Shown here piece after piece: positions 1-9,144 of a stretch of 64,000 bases of DNA (position 1 is the first letter of the stretch; every line of letters begins with the position of its first letter). The stretch is from an uncultured Thermomicrobiales bacterium (GTDB lineage Bacteria > Chloroflexota > Chloroflexia > Thermomicrobiales > UBA6265). The notes below the pieces were generated by a model. That model was not told the DNA's origin. It worked only from the letters and a program-made list of their open reading frames with translations, and did no database searches. The stretch spans positions 16,464 to 80,463 of the forward strand of contig CADCWL010000011.1 of NCBI GenBank assembly GCA_902806405.1, written 5' to 3'. Both the position numbers and the translations under genes were made by a program.

Positions 1-48
1 ACGAGCGTCCCGCCGGCCCTCTCCCGTTTTTGTTCGCTCCGGGCCGGC

Positions 49-3000
49 CTAACTGCCCGAGCGCCGGTAGATGAAGAGATCGAGCGAGCGGGGGTCCGTC
101 GCCAAGAGGTCGTCGGCGACGCCCTCGCCGACGAACGAGTAGAGGGTGACCCACCCGTTCGTCGTCGTCCCAATCGGCCGCCACAGGTTGACCAGTAGGT
201 AACGGCGCCCGCCGCCAAGGACGAGGTCCGGGTTGACGCCCTCGGTCTCGGCGGTTTGTTGCAACTCCTCGGACGCCGCGACCACGTCACCGCCTTCCGG
301 CACGTACTCGGCGATGACGTCGCCGTCGACCTTCACGCCGTAGAGACGATCGGGGTCGAGCGACTCCGGGTCCTCGGCGTAGAGGATGTTCGTCACGCTG
401 CTGTAGACGGATCGCTGCCAAGTGGCCTGACGGACGTACGTCTCGTCGCCGGTGACGACGACCTGCGGGTCACCGGTTACGGTGAAGGTGACCTCGAACG
501 ACGACGAGGCCTCGAAGCGGTAAAGGGTGTCCGCCGCTCGTCCGTCCCGCAGGAAGATGACCTGGCGGACGTCGATCCCCTCGGCTTGGTCCGCCTCGAA
601 CGGCCCGACGCAGCCGATCCGCGTCAATCGGACGTCCCCACCGGCGTCCTCTGCCCCGACGAAGCTGTACGCGATACCGGAAAGCTGGATTCTGGCGGGG
701 AGCCGCTCCGGCACCCCGTTGTCGCCGATCTGCCCGGGGTCACCCTGACATTGCCGCGGCAGCACCGGCACCTGGGCCACGACGCCTGTCGCCGCGGTCG
801 GTACGGGAGTCTGCCCGGTCTGCCCCGGCAAGGGCTGGACGCGAACGTTCGGGAGCGGCGTCGGCAGGGGCTGTGCCCGCGGCGCCTGGAGGGTGATCTG
901 GACCACCCCGGCCGGCGGCGGCACCACGTTTACGGTCACGTTGTTCACGTTGGTGACGTTGTTGACGACGGTAAAGGAGTTGACGCTGACCGGCGCCTCC
1001 ACGATCGTCGTCGAGTTGAACTCGTAGACACGATTGTCGATCACCGTGTAGCAGGTGGCGAGCGGGGCCTGTGCGGCGGCTTGCGGCGCCGGCGCAAAGA
1101 TCGGGAATGCGCCCGCGCAGCCAACTCGCTGCAGCCCGGCCTGACTCACGCTGACGCTAACCTCCGCACGGAACTCGAAGCGCGACTCGGCAAAGACGAG
1201 GTTGTTCAGGGTGGACGGGAAGCCCGCAGCGTTCAGCGCCGTGAAGCGTTGGAGCTCCCCTCCGTCGGAGAGGAAGACCTCGGCGAAGCCGACGGCGCCG
1301 CCACGGACGAAGAGCTCGCCGCCGCCGTCCAGTGTCGGGACCTGACCAAGGATCGCCGTGGTAGTCGTCCGGAGCGTCTCGATGGAGACGTTGACCTCGG
1401 TGCTGGCGTAGGCGTACTGGAACTCCTGCCCCTCAAAGGTATAGGCGAAGGACTGCCCCCCTGCCTCGGACGAGCACGGCTGGCCGAGGTCGATGGTACC
1501 GGCGGGAGTGATCGGCGCCTCTGGTACATAGCGGGCCACCACCCTTGCCGCGGCCACGGCGTAGATCTGGACGAACGGGCCTCGCAGCGTCTGAGCGATG
1601 AACCCGCGCCGCCCGCCGGAGGCCTGCGGGTCCTGCGACGCGAAGATGCCGAACGATGCGCCGGTCGTCTGGAGCGTATCGACCTGGATCAGCGACTGCG
1701 GATCGAGGTCGACCTCCAGATCAAAGAAGTATCGGATGCCCTGGACCTCGATCTCGCGCGGGAAGTCGGCCGGCACCGGCGGCGCCGCGTCGACCGGGAT
1801 CGACGAGACCGGCTCCGCGGGTGGCTCGACCGTCGGCAACGGCGTCGGCGAGACGGGCGCGTCGGTAGGCGGGGTCGGTTCCAGCTCGGCCGCCGGCGAG
1901 GCCTCAGCGGCCACCTCCGTTGGCGTCTCCGTCTCCGTGGTCGCCTCCGGCGTCTGCGCCTCCGTCTCTGTGGTCGCCTCCGTCGTTTGCGTCTCCGTCG
2001 TCGCCGGCGCCGCCTCCGTCGCGGGCGTCTCGGTCTCCGCGTCGGCGCCGGCCGTCTCGGGCGTGGCCTCGGCCGTCTCGGTCGGGGAGAGCGGCGTCTC
2101 CGTGGCGGCAACGGTCTCGGTGGCCGGGACCGCCGTCTCGGTCGGTGGTGGTGTCTCGGTCGGCACATCGGTCGGCGCGGGCGTCTCCGTCGCCGGGACG
2201 GCGGTCTCGGTTGGGGTTGCCGCCGCGGTCGGCTCTAGCGTCGGAAGCGGCGTCTCCGTGGCCTCCGGCGTCGGAATCGGCGTCTCGGTCGGCTCGGGCG
2301 TCTCGGTCGGCGGTGGCGGGGTCTCCGTCGGAGCGACCGTCTCGGTCGGCGGAACAGGCGTACCTGTCGGAGCAGTCGTCGCGGTCGGCGGTAACGGTGT
2401 TTCGGTCGGGACGGCCGTCTCGGTGGTAGCGGCTTGCGGCTCTTCGGTCATCGCCGCTCCCCCGACCGGGGTGCCGTCGCCATCGGCCGTCGGCGTGGTC
2501 GCCGCGAACGCGAGAACCCGCTGCGGCTGGTCGTTCAAGATGACGTAGAGTCGCTCCAGGCTGCCAGCCGCAACGCCCTCCTCCGCACGGGCGGGGAACG
2601 GACCGACGCAGCCCAGGCGATCAAGGGTAGTCGCGTCGACATCGTCGGTGACATTTCCCTCGAACGCGAAGGTCTGCCCGCCAAAGGCGATCGTCTGCCC
2701 GAGGTTCGTCGGCACCCCATCCTCGTCGAGCAGCACGAACCGATTCAGCGCGCCGTCGTCTCCAAAAAAGAGCTCGGGGAACGGCTGCGCCCCGGCTTCG
2801 GCGTAGATCGGCTGGCCGTCGCCGGTTTGGGTTACCGTCTCCAACTCTGCGGTTGAAAGGTCCAGCTCCAGGCCGGCGTACGCGTACTCCACCTCACCCA
2901 GAACCAACGGCGCGAAGTTCCCGGACTCGGCGAGACAGGACGCCTCGGCCGACGGCGTCCCCGACTCATCAAGAGGCAACTGCGCCAGGTAGCGGCCCGC

Positions 3001-3879
3001 TTGTCCGTCCCCGCCGGCCTCCGCCCCGTAGACGCGATCGAACGGTCCGGCTCCTTCCGTCGCCAACAGAGCGAGCCCACGGTCGGTCCCGATCTCCGTC
3101 AGCGCCTCCGTGTCGACCGGAACAGGGCGGTCGAGAGAGAATCGGGCGTCATCGAGCGCCACCTCGAGCGGGAAATCGCCGGCCCCGGCGGCGGGGGTCA
3201 CCGTCCCCTCGGGCTCGATTCCCGCGTCCTCCGTCGCCGCCGGCTCCCGCGTCGCCCCGACGTCGACGGGCGCGGTCGCCGCCGCGTCGACGACGGACGG
3301 AGCGGCGTCTGGGGTCAGCGCCGCATCCGTCGGCGTCCCCCCGGTCGGATCGGTGGCCGGTAGCCCTGCCGAGGGAGTATCGGTCTGGGCAACGCCTCCG
3401 ACGTCGGACGCCGCTTCCTCGGCGGCTTGGCTCCCCTCGGGCACGTAGCGCCCGAGGGGCTGGGGTCGGGTCTGGGCGGAGACGTAGACGCGGTCGAACG
3501 GCGGCGCCGCGCTCTCGGCGAAGAGGGTCAAGTCGCCCTGCTGTCCCAGCTCAATCAGGTCTGTCGGTGCTTCGGGGTCAACGCGGTCGAAGACGAAGTC
3601 TTCGCCGTTGATCTGGATCGCGGCGGGGAAACGCTGCGGGCGGGCGGGCGTCACCGCCTCGTCCGCTGGCGTCTCTCCCTGCCCCTGCGCCTGCCCTTGG
3701 GCCGCCTGCTCGTTCCGATTTCGGCCCGGATCCTGGGGGCGGTCCCGTTGGCGGGTGGCGGTGGGCGTCTCGTCGTTCTGGGCACCAATGGTGCCCTCGC
3801 CCGTAGCCAGCGGGAGAAGCAGCGCGGCGACCAGCCCCAAGATCGCGACGACGTGGAGCGTTCGGATGCGCATTGCCAT
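49..3879 (-). CDS. Large secreted modular protein, function unknown (Thr/Pro/Glu-rich central linker)
   Basis: The ORF is 1276 aa. It has a signal-like N-terminus (MAMRIRTLHVVAILGLVAALLLPLATGEG). An A-type module of about 60 aa (FxFDR...PFDRVY...GRYVPE) recurs. A B-type module ending RxGCxGxFP occurs on both sides of a roughly 200-aa T/P/E linker. I recognised no catalytic motif. Confidence 0.8.
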   Translation of the reverse strand: MAMRIRTLHVVAILGLVAALLLPLATGEGTIGAQNDETPTATRQRDRPQDPGRNRNEQAAQGQAQGQGETPADEAVTPARPQRFPAAIQINGEDFVFDRVDPEAPTDLIELGQQGDLTLFAESAAPPFDRVYVSAQTRPQPLGRYVPEGSQAAEEAASDVGGVAQTDTPSAGLPATDPTGGTPTDAALTPDAAPSVVDAAATAPVDVGATREPAATEDAGIEPEGTVTPAAGAGDFPLEVALDDARFSLDRPVPVDTEALTEIGTDRGLALLATEGAGPFDRVYGAEAGGDGQAGRYLAQLPLDESGTPSAEASCLAESGNFAPLVLGEVEYAYAGLELDLSTAELETVTQTGDGQPIYAEAGAQPFPELFFGDDGALNRFVLLDEDGVPTNLGQTIAFGGQTFAFEGNVTDDVDATTLDRLGCVGPFPARAEEGVAAGSLERLYVILNDQPQRVLAFAATTPTADGDGTPVGGAAMTEEPQAATTETAVPTETPLPPTATTAPTGTPVPPTETVAPTETPPPPTETPEPTETPIPTPEATETPLPTLEPTAAATPTETAVPATETPAPTDVPTETPPPTETAVPATETVAATETPLSPTETAEATPETAGADAETETPATEAAPATTETQTTEATTETEAQTPEATTETETPTEVAAEASPAAELEPTPPTDAPVSPTPLPTVEPPAEPVSSIPVDAAPPVPADFPREIEVQGIRYFFDLEVDLDPQSLIQVDTLQTTGASFGIFASQDPQASGGRRGFIAQTLRGPFVQIYAVAAARVVARYVPEAPITPAGTIDLGQPCSSEAGGQSFAYTFEGQEFQYAYASTEVNVSIETLRTTTTAILGQVPTLDGGGELFVRGGAVGFAEVFLSDGGELQRFTALNAAGFPSTLNNLVFAESRFEFRAEVSVSVSQAGLQRVGCAGAFPIFAPAPQAAAQAPLATCYTVIDNRVYEFNSTTIVEAPVSVNSFTVVNNVTNVNNVTVNVVPPPAGVVQITLQAPRAQPLPTPLPNVRVQPLPGQTGQTPVPTAATGVVAQVPVLPRQCQGDPGQIGDNGVPERLPARIQLSGIAYSFVGAEDAGGDVRLTRIGCVGPFEADQAEGIDVRQVIFLRDGRAADTLYRFEASSSFEVTFTVTGDPQVVVTGDETYVRQATWQRSVYSSVTNILYAEDPESLDPDRLYGVKVDGDVIAEYVPEGGDVVAASEELQQTAETEGVNPDLVLGGGRRYLLVNLWRPIGTTTNGWVTLYSFVGEGVADDLLATDPRSLDLFIYRRSGS
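1840..2470 (-). repeat. Imperfect tandem DNA repeats encoding the TETP/PTET linker of the large secreted protein
   Basis: Two adjacent 33-nt units (1928-1960 and 1961-1993) differ at 4 positions. The string gccgggac(c/g)gc(c/g)gtctcggt(c/t)gg occurs at 2123-2145 and again at 2192-2214. The whole stretch translates to reiterated TET/PTE/ATE units. Confidence 0.7.
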
Positions 3880-4144
3880 CGGCTCGTCTTCTCCCTCGTC
3901 CGAACGCCCGTCTCGCCGTACGCGGAGGCGTCAACCTACGGGCGGTGACATCCCCTCCCCCCACGCGGACGAACCGCGTCGGGCGTTGTGCTAACGACTG
4001 TATGCTAGCATGCGTCAACGGCGGCACTCCGAGGCCGTTGCCAGACCGGCACGATTCCCCCTCCAGTCGGGGGGCGCGGCGTCCACTTGATTGCCGGGCG
4101 TACCCGGCGACACGGGTGGTGATGAGCGAGGAAGGGGCGAGTCG

Positions 4145-5350
4145 ATGCGTTCATCGGCGCGGGCTTTGGGGTGGGCGCGACGCGCGATCGGCGCACTGGC
4201 GTTCCTAGCGCTGATCGTCGGCGTCTTCGGCGGGCTGGGCCTGTCACGGGCAACGGAGGCCGCAGCCCAGGACGGGGACCAGGCCGCGGCACGGGAAGTC
4301 AACGTCGAGCTGATCCTTGACCTCTCCGGCTCGATGGCAGCCGACATCGGCGGCGGCGAGACCCGGATGGAAGCTGCCAAGCGGGTCATGAACGACGTGG
4401 TCGACGCCCTTCCGGAGCGGGAGGGAATTAACGTCGGGTTCCGGATCTATGGCCACGAAGGCAACAACACCGAGGCCCAGCGCGAGGTCAGCTGCCAATC
4501 GTCCGAGCTTGTCGTGCCCATCGAGGGCGTCGACAAGGAGGCGCTGCGCGAGCAGGTCGATCTCGCGCAGCCAATCGGGTGGACCCCGATCGACCTTTCC
4601 CTCCGGCGGGCGGGAGGGGATTTCCAGGCCGGGGAGGGTCTCTCGAACAACATCGTCCTGGTGACGGACGGCGAGGAGACGTGCGGGGGTGACCCGTGCG
4701 CGACTGCCGCCTCCCTCAGCCAAGGTGACGCGGCCGTGACGACGCACGTCGTGGGCTTCGCGCTGACCGAGGTCCAGCGGCAGCAGGTGAGCTGCATCGC
4801 CGAGGAGGGCGGCGGACTCAACCTCGGCGCCGCGAACGCAAACGAGCTCAGTACCGCCCTCTTTACGATCCTCCAAGAGCTCCAAGTTGTCGTCAACAAC
4901 GGGTTCCTCGAGATCGAGGAGATCGGCGGGCTCTTCCCCCGCGCCACCATCACCTTCGTCGTTAGCGGCGACCAGAGCCCACGCGCGCCGGTGACGCTCA
5001 CCGACAACAATCGGGTCGAGCTGGCGGTCGGACTCTACGACGTGACGTGGGCGAACCAGAGCGGCCAGGAGAGCCAAATTCGGGTCAACATCGAGGCCGG
5101 CCGCACCACCTGGGTGCGCGGCTCGCTTCTCAAATTCCCGCAGGGCGCCGGCGAGATCTACGTCGTGCGGGACATCGCGGGGCTGACCCTTTGGCAGGCG
5201 CCCTTCGAGCAGGGGAACTACATCTGGGTGCTCCCCGGGATCTACACGATGGAATTGGTCGAGCGCGTTGGCGACCCCGTGTTGATCATGGCGCAGGTGC
5301 AGACCTTGCCGGGTAGCGCCACCCAGGTCGAGATCTTCACGGCCCCGTAG
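4145..5350 (+). CDS. von Willebrand factor A (VWA) domain protein with N-terminal membrane/signal segment and C-terminal beta-rich repeats
   Basis: MIDAS-type DxSxS motif (LILDLSGSM), and IVLVTDGEETCGGDPC typical of VWA. I moved the start to ATG 4145, which is preceded by GAAGGGG. A hydrophobic segment ALAFLALIVGVFGGLGL is present. The C-terminus holds two similar beta modules (GLYDVTW.., GIYTMEL..). Confidence 0.8.
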   Translation: MRSSARALGWARRAIGALAFLALIVGVFGGLGLSRATEAAAQDGDQAAAREVNVELILDLSGSMAADIGGGETRMEAAKRVMNDVVDALPEREGINVGFRIYGHEGNNTEAQREVSCQSSELVVPIEGVDKEALREQVDLAQPIGWTPIDLSLRRAGGDFQAGEGLSNNIVLVTDGEETCGGDPCATAASLSQGDAAVTTHVVGFALTEVQRQQVSCIAEEGGGLNLGAANANELSTALFTILQELQVVVNNGFLEIEEIGGLFPRATITFVVSGDQSPRAPVTLTDNNRVELAVGLYDVTWANQSGQESQIRVNIEAGRTTWVRGSLLKFPQGAGEIYVVRDIAGLTLWQAPFEQGNYIWVLPGIYTMELVERVGDPVLIMAQVQTLPGSATQVEIFTAP

Positions 5351-5363
5351 TCCAGCGCCGACC

Positions 5364-5909
5364 GTGGCTGGGCCACTTGGGGAGTCAGACGAGACCGGGC
5401 CGTGGGAGGACATCCTGCGCCCCGGTCTCGACGTTGTATTCGTCGGTTACAACCCATCCCTCCCTGCCTGGCGAACCGGTCACTACTACGCCAATCCCGG
5501 GAACCGCTTCTACCGGCTGTTGTACGAGAGCGGTCTCACGCCCCGGCTCCTGGTCCCGAGCGACGACCACCTGCTCCCCGACTTCGGGATCGGCGCCACC
5601 GATCTCCTCCCACTGCCGTCGGCGCGGGCCGATATGATCCCCGCTGCCCGCTTCAAGGAGGCGGCCCCGCTCCTGCGCGAGAAGCTGCGGAATTTCGCTC
5701 CCCGTTCGGTGTGCTGCAACGGGATCGGCGTTTACCGCCACCTCGTCGGTGGACCACCGGCCGGGCTCGGCCTCCAACCGGAACCGATCGGCACCGCCGC
5801 CCTCTTCGTCGTTCCCTCGACGAGCGGGCTTTGCAACGGCCGAGCCTCCCAACGCCTGGCGGCCTTTCGGGATTTGGCCGCCTGGGTTGAGGAGCGGCGT
5901 TGCCGCTGA
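5364..5909 (+). CDS. mug: G:T/U mismatch-specific uracil-DNA glycosylase (Mug/TDG, UDG family 2)
   Basis: The N-terminus (EDILRPGLDVVFVGYNPSLPAWRTGHYYANPGNRFYRLL) aligns with E. coli Mug (EDILAPGLRVVFCGINPG...FAHPANRFWKVI). A PSTSG motif lies near the C-terminus. The start codon is GTG. Confidence 0.8.
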   Translation: MAGPLGESDETGPWEDILRPGLDVVFVGYNPSLPAWRTGHYYANPGNRFYRLLYESGLTPRLLVPSDDHLLPDFGIGATDLLPLPSARADMIPAARFKEAAPLLREKLRNFAPRSVCCNGIGVYRHLVGGPPAGLGLQPEPIGTAALFVVPSTSGLCNGRASQRLAAFRDLAAWVEERRCR

Positions 5910-6036
5910 CCCGGTCGGCTGCTCTGGTCGCCCCGCGTCCGCATCTCGACTTCGGCTCGGGGGCCACGTTGCGCTCCTCTGGGGCGGGTGCCATGCTGCC
6001 GGGGACACGGAGGCGAGATGGGATGGAGGAGGGTTC

Positions 6037-7116
6037 GTGGAGTCTGGGCAACGGGTACGGGTTGGCGTCATCGGCTGCGGCGCCGGGCTCTTTCACCTGG
6101 AAGGGTACGCGGAGGAACCGCGGGCCGAGATCGTCGCCCTGGCGGGCCTGGAGACGGATCGCTGCCGGGAGCTTGCGGAGCGGTTCGGGATTCCCAACGT
6201 CTACCGCGACTACACCGAGTTGCTCGCCAACCCCGCGATCGCTGCCGTCAGCATCGCCGTGCCAAACCACCTCCACCTCCCGGTAGCGGTCGCCGCCGTG
6301 GCGGCGGGCAAGCACGTCCTGGTGGAAAAGCCGCTGGCGCGTAACGCGGCCGAGGGAGAGCAGATGGTTGCCGCTGCGGAGGCGGCCGGCAAGGTGCTCG
6401 CGATCGCCTTCCAGCGGCGCGGCCGGCACGATGTCCGGATCGTGAAGGGGGAGGTGGAGCGCGGGGCCCTCGGGCGGATCTACCATGCCAAGGCGTACTG
6501 GATGCGGCGCTCAGGGATTCCCGGTCTCGGCAGCTGGTTCACCAACAAGGAGCAGGCCGGCGGCGGACCCCTGATCGACCTCGGAGTCCATGTCCTCGAC
6601 ATGGCGCTCTGGATGATGGGCAATCCAAAGGTGCAGTCCGTCAGCGCCGCCACGTACGCCGAACTCGGTCCCCGCGGCACCGGCCAGTGGCAGGGCAGCC
6701 GGTTCACGATCGCCCCCGGTGTCGCGTATGAGGTGGAGGATTTTGCGACCGCCCTGCTCCGTTTCGAGGACGGAGCAACCCTCCAGCTCGATGCCTCCTG
6801 GGCGGCCTACACCGGGCACACCGACGAGTTCGGCGTCTCTCTGCTCGGTTCGAAGGGCGGCGCCGCTATCGACGTCAAGGACTACGCCCAGACCGGGACG
6901 CTCCGACTCTTTGGCGAGATTGACGGCACGCCGACGGTGACCGAGCCGCGCCTCGTCCCCCGCACCGGTCACGCCGACATCATCCACGGCTTCGTCGACG
7001 CCGTTCTCGACGGCGTCCCGGTCAGTCCGAGCGGCGTCGAGGGTCTCGAGCGGGTACGGCTGATCGAGGCGATCTACCGTTCCGCGGAGGAAGGCCGAGA
7101 GATCGCCTTCAGGTAG
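6037..7116 (+). CDS. Gfo/Idh/MocA family NAD(P)-dependent oxidoreductase
   Basis: Rossmann N-terminus VRVGVIGCGAGLFHLEGY and an EKPLA motif. I trimmed the start to GTG 6037, which follows GGAGGAGGG. The upstream part of the tracked ORF is low-complexity. Confidence 0.8.
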   Translation: MESGQRVRVGVIGCGAGLFHLEGYAEEPRAEIVALAGLETDRCRELAERFGIPNVYRDYTELLANPAIAAVSIAVPNHLHLPVAVAAVAAGKHVLVEKPLARNAAEGEQMVAAAEAAGKVLAIAFQRRGRHDVRIVKGEVERGALGRIYHAKAYWMRRSGIPGLGSWFTNKEQAGGGPLIDLGVHVLDMALWMMGNPKVQSVSAATYAELGPRGTGQWQGSRFTIAPGVAYEVEDFATALLRFEDGATLQLDASWAAYTGHTDEFGVSLLGSKGGAAIDVKDYAQTGTLRLFGEIDGTPTVTEPRLVPRTGHADIIHGFVDAVLDGVPVSPSGVEGLERVRLIEAIYRSAEEGREIAFR

Positions 7117-7191
7117 ACCCCGATCGACGGCGGGCGGAAGCCCGTACACCGCCCAATTCTCAAGCGATCTGACTCAACCGACGGGGGAACA

Positions 7192-7917
7192 ATGGACCGA
7201 TCACTGCAGGTCACCGTCTGGAACGAGTACCGCCATGAGCGGGAAGAGGAGCGGTTCGCGAAGATCTACCCGGAAGGCATCCACGGCGCGATCGCGGCCG
7301 GATTGAGGGAACACTCCGACCTGGTCGTCCGCACCGCCACCCTCGACGAGGCGGAGCACGGGTTGTCACCGGCGGCCCTGGACACGACCGACGTCCTGCT
7401 CTGGTGGGGACACAAGGCGCACGACGCCGTCGACGACGAAACGGTCGCCCGCGTGCAGGCACGGGTCCTCGCCGGGATGGGCCTTATCGTCCTCCACTCC
7501 GGCCACTTCTCCAAGATCTTTAAGCGGCTGATGGGCACCTCCTGCGACCTTAAGTGGCGGGAGGCAGGCGACCGCGAGCGGCTCTGGGTGGTGGACCCCG
7601 GCCACCCGATCGCCGCGGGCCTCGGCGAATACATTCAGCTCGACCAGGAGGAGATGTACGGCGAGCACTTCGACATTCCGCCGCCGGAAGCCCTCGTCTT
7701 CGTCAGTTGGTTCTCCGGCGGCGAAGTCTTCCGCTCGGGCTGCTGCTACACGCGGGGAGCCGGCAAGATCTTCTACTTCAGACCCGGCCACGAAAGCCAC
7801 CCGACCTACTTCCAACCCGATGTCCGCCGGGTCGTCGCCAACGCCGTGCGGTGGGCCGCCGCCGAGGATCTGCCACGGCGCACGTTCGGCAATGTCCCGC
7901 CGCTCGAGACGGTCTAA
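7192..7917 (+). CDS. ThuA-like (trehalose utilisation) domain protein
   Basis: The N-terminus [13 protein letters not shown]... is characteristic of the ThuA family. It sits next to a Gfo/Idh/MocA gene, a common pairing. Confidence 0.75.
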   Translation: MDRSLQVTVWNEYRHEREEERFAKIYPEGIHGAIAAGLREHSDLVVRTATLDEAEHGLSPAALDTTDVLLWWGHKAHDAVDDETVARVQARVLAGMGLIVLHSGHFSKIFKRLMGTSCDLKWREAGDRERLWVVDPGHPIAAGLGEYIQLDQEEMYGEHFDIPPPEALVFVSWFSGGEVFRSGCCYTRGAGKIFYFRPGHESHPTYFQPDVRRVVANAVRWAAAEDLPRRTFGNVPPLETV

Positions 7918-7950
7918 GCGGCAAACTCCGCGGGAGGGGGAACGGAGCCG

Positions 7951-9144
7951 GTGGCGACTTTCGACGCGATCGTGCTCGGCGGCGGCACGATGGGCACCGC
8001 CGCGGCGTGGGCACTCGCGAAGCGCGGCGCGACGACCCTGGTTTTGGAGCAGTTCGCCCACGTCCACCGGCTCGGGGCCCACGGCGGGCGGACCCGGGTG
8101 ATCCGCCATGCCTACGCCGAGTCGCCCGAGTACGTGCCGATCGTTCAACGCGCGGATGATCTGTGGCTCGAACTAGAGCGTGAGGCGGGCAACCGCGTCC
8201 TCCACCGGACCGGCGGCGTGGAGCTGTCGGCCCCCGGCTACGGGCACGCTCGCGCGGCCCGGCGGAGTGCGGAGCTCCACGGACTCCCCCACGAGTGGAT
8301 CTCGCCGGCGGAGGTCAACCGCCGCTGGCCGGCGATGTCGGTGCCTGAGGATTGGGATGCCCTCTACAGCCCTCAGGTCGGCTTCCTGGAGACCGAGGCG
8401 TCGCTGCGCGCCCTCGCGACCGTCGCTCGCCGTCGTGGCGCAACCATTCACGAGGGAGAACCGGTTCGGGGGTGGCAGGCAGATAGCTCCGGCGTCACCG
8501 TGGCGACCAACGCCGCCACCTACCGCGCCGATAGCCTGATCGTGACAGCCGGGGCCTGGACGGGCGGTCTCCTCGGCGAGCTCGGTCTGCCGTTGACGCT
8601 GCTGCGGAAGGTCCTCTGGTGGTTAAGGGTCGACGACCCAGCGCCGTTCTCGGTCGGCCGCTTCCCCGTCTTCATCGCCGACTCGGCCGCCGGCGAGATC
8701 TACGGCTTCCCGATCCATGACCATCCCGGGCTCAAGATCGCGGACCACCGCGGCGGCTCACCGACCACGGTCGAGACGATCGACCGAACCGTCCGGGACG
8801 ACGAGGAAAGGGGCGTCGTGGCGGGTGCTCAACAGTTGTTCCGTGGTGTGACGGATCGCGTCCTGGAAAGCCTCGTCTGCCACTACACGATGACGCCCGA
8901 CGCCGACTTCGTGGTCGACCGCCATCCCACTCGGCCGAACGTGACCATCGGGGCCGGCTTCTCCGGTCACGGCTTCAAGTTCGCGACCGCAATCGGTGAG
9001 ATGCTGGCCGACCTTGCGCTGGACGCGTCCGTCGAGCCCGTGCCGCGACTCGCGCTCGCCCGTCTTGCGGCCCTCTCGTCGCCTCAGGTGACCGACACTG
9101 GAGTCCCGATCGCACGCGGATCGGGTCTCCGCGCCCTTCGCTAG
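7951..9144 (+). CDS. FAD-dependent amine oxidase of the monomeric sarcosine / N-methyltryptophan oxidase family
   Basis: GxGxxG dinucleotide fold (IVLGGGTMGTAAAWALAKRG) and the family motif GFSGHGFKF near the C-terminus. GTG start after GGGAGGGGGA. Confidence 0.75.
   Translation: MATFDAIVLGGGTMGTAAAWALAKRGATTLVLEQFAHVHRLGAHGGRTRVIRHAYAESPEYVPIVQRADDLWLELEREAGNRVLHRTGGVELSAPGYGHARAARRSAELHGLPHEWISPAEVNRRWPAMSVPEDWDALYSPQVGFLETEASLRALATVARRRGATIHEGEPVRGWQADSSGVTVATNAATYRADSLIVTAGAWTGGLLGELGLPLTLLRKVLWWLRVDDPAPFSVGRFPVFIADSAAGEIYGFPIHDHPGLKIADHRGGSPTTVETIDRTVRDDEERGVVAGAQQLFRGVTDRVLESLVCHYTMTPDADFVVDRHPTRPNVTIGAGFSGHGFKFATAIGEMLADLALDASVEPVPRLALARLAALSSPQVTDTGVPIARGSGLRALR

Noticed and set aside
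1689-2168. A 159-aa poly-arginine ORF (RRRRRRRRKRRRR...) on the minus strand.
   Set aside because: It is an alternative frame of the ACC/GAG/ACG/CCG-rich linker repeats of the 49..3879 gene, not an independent protamine-like gene.
1840-2470. The repeat array considered as a possible CRISPR array or other non-coding repeat.
   Set aside because: Unit lengths are irregular, there are no unique spacers, and the region is in frame within a long ORF encoding a T/P/E linker.
256-2548. Long plus-strand ORFs (256..2238, 660 aa; 1598..2548, 316 aa) antisense to the large secreted-protein gene.
   Set aside because: They are Arg/Gly/Leu- or Ser/Gly/Val-rich low-complexity translations with no RBS and no motifs. 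They are fully explained as shadow frames of a GC-rich gene whose own frame has a signal peptide and a repeated domain structure.
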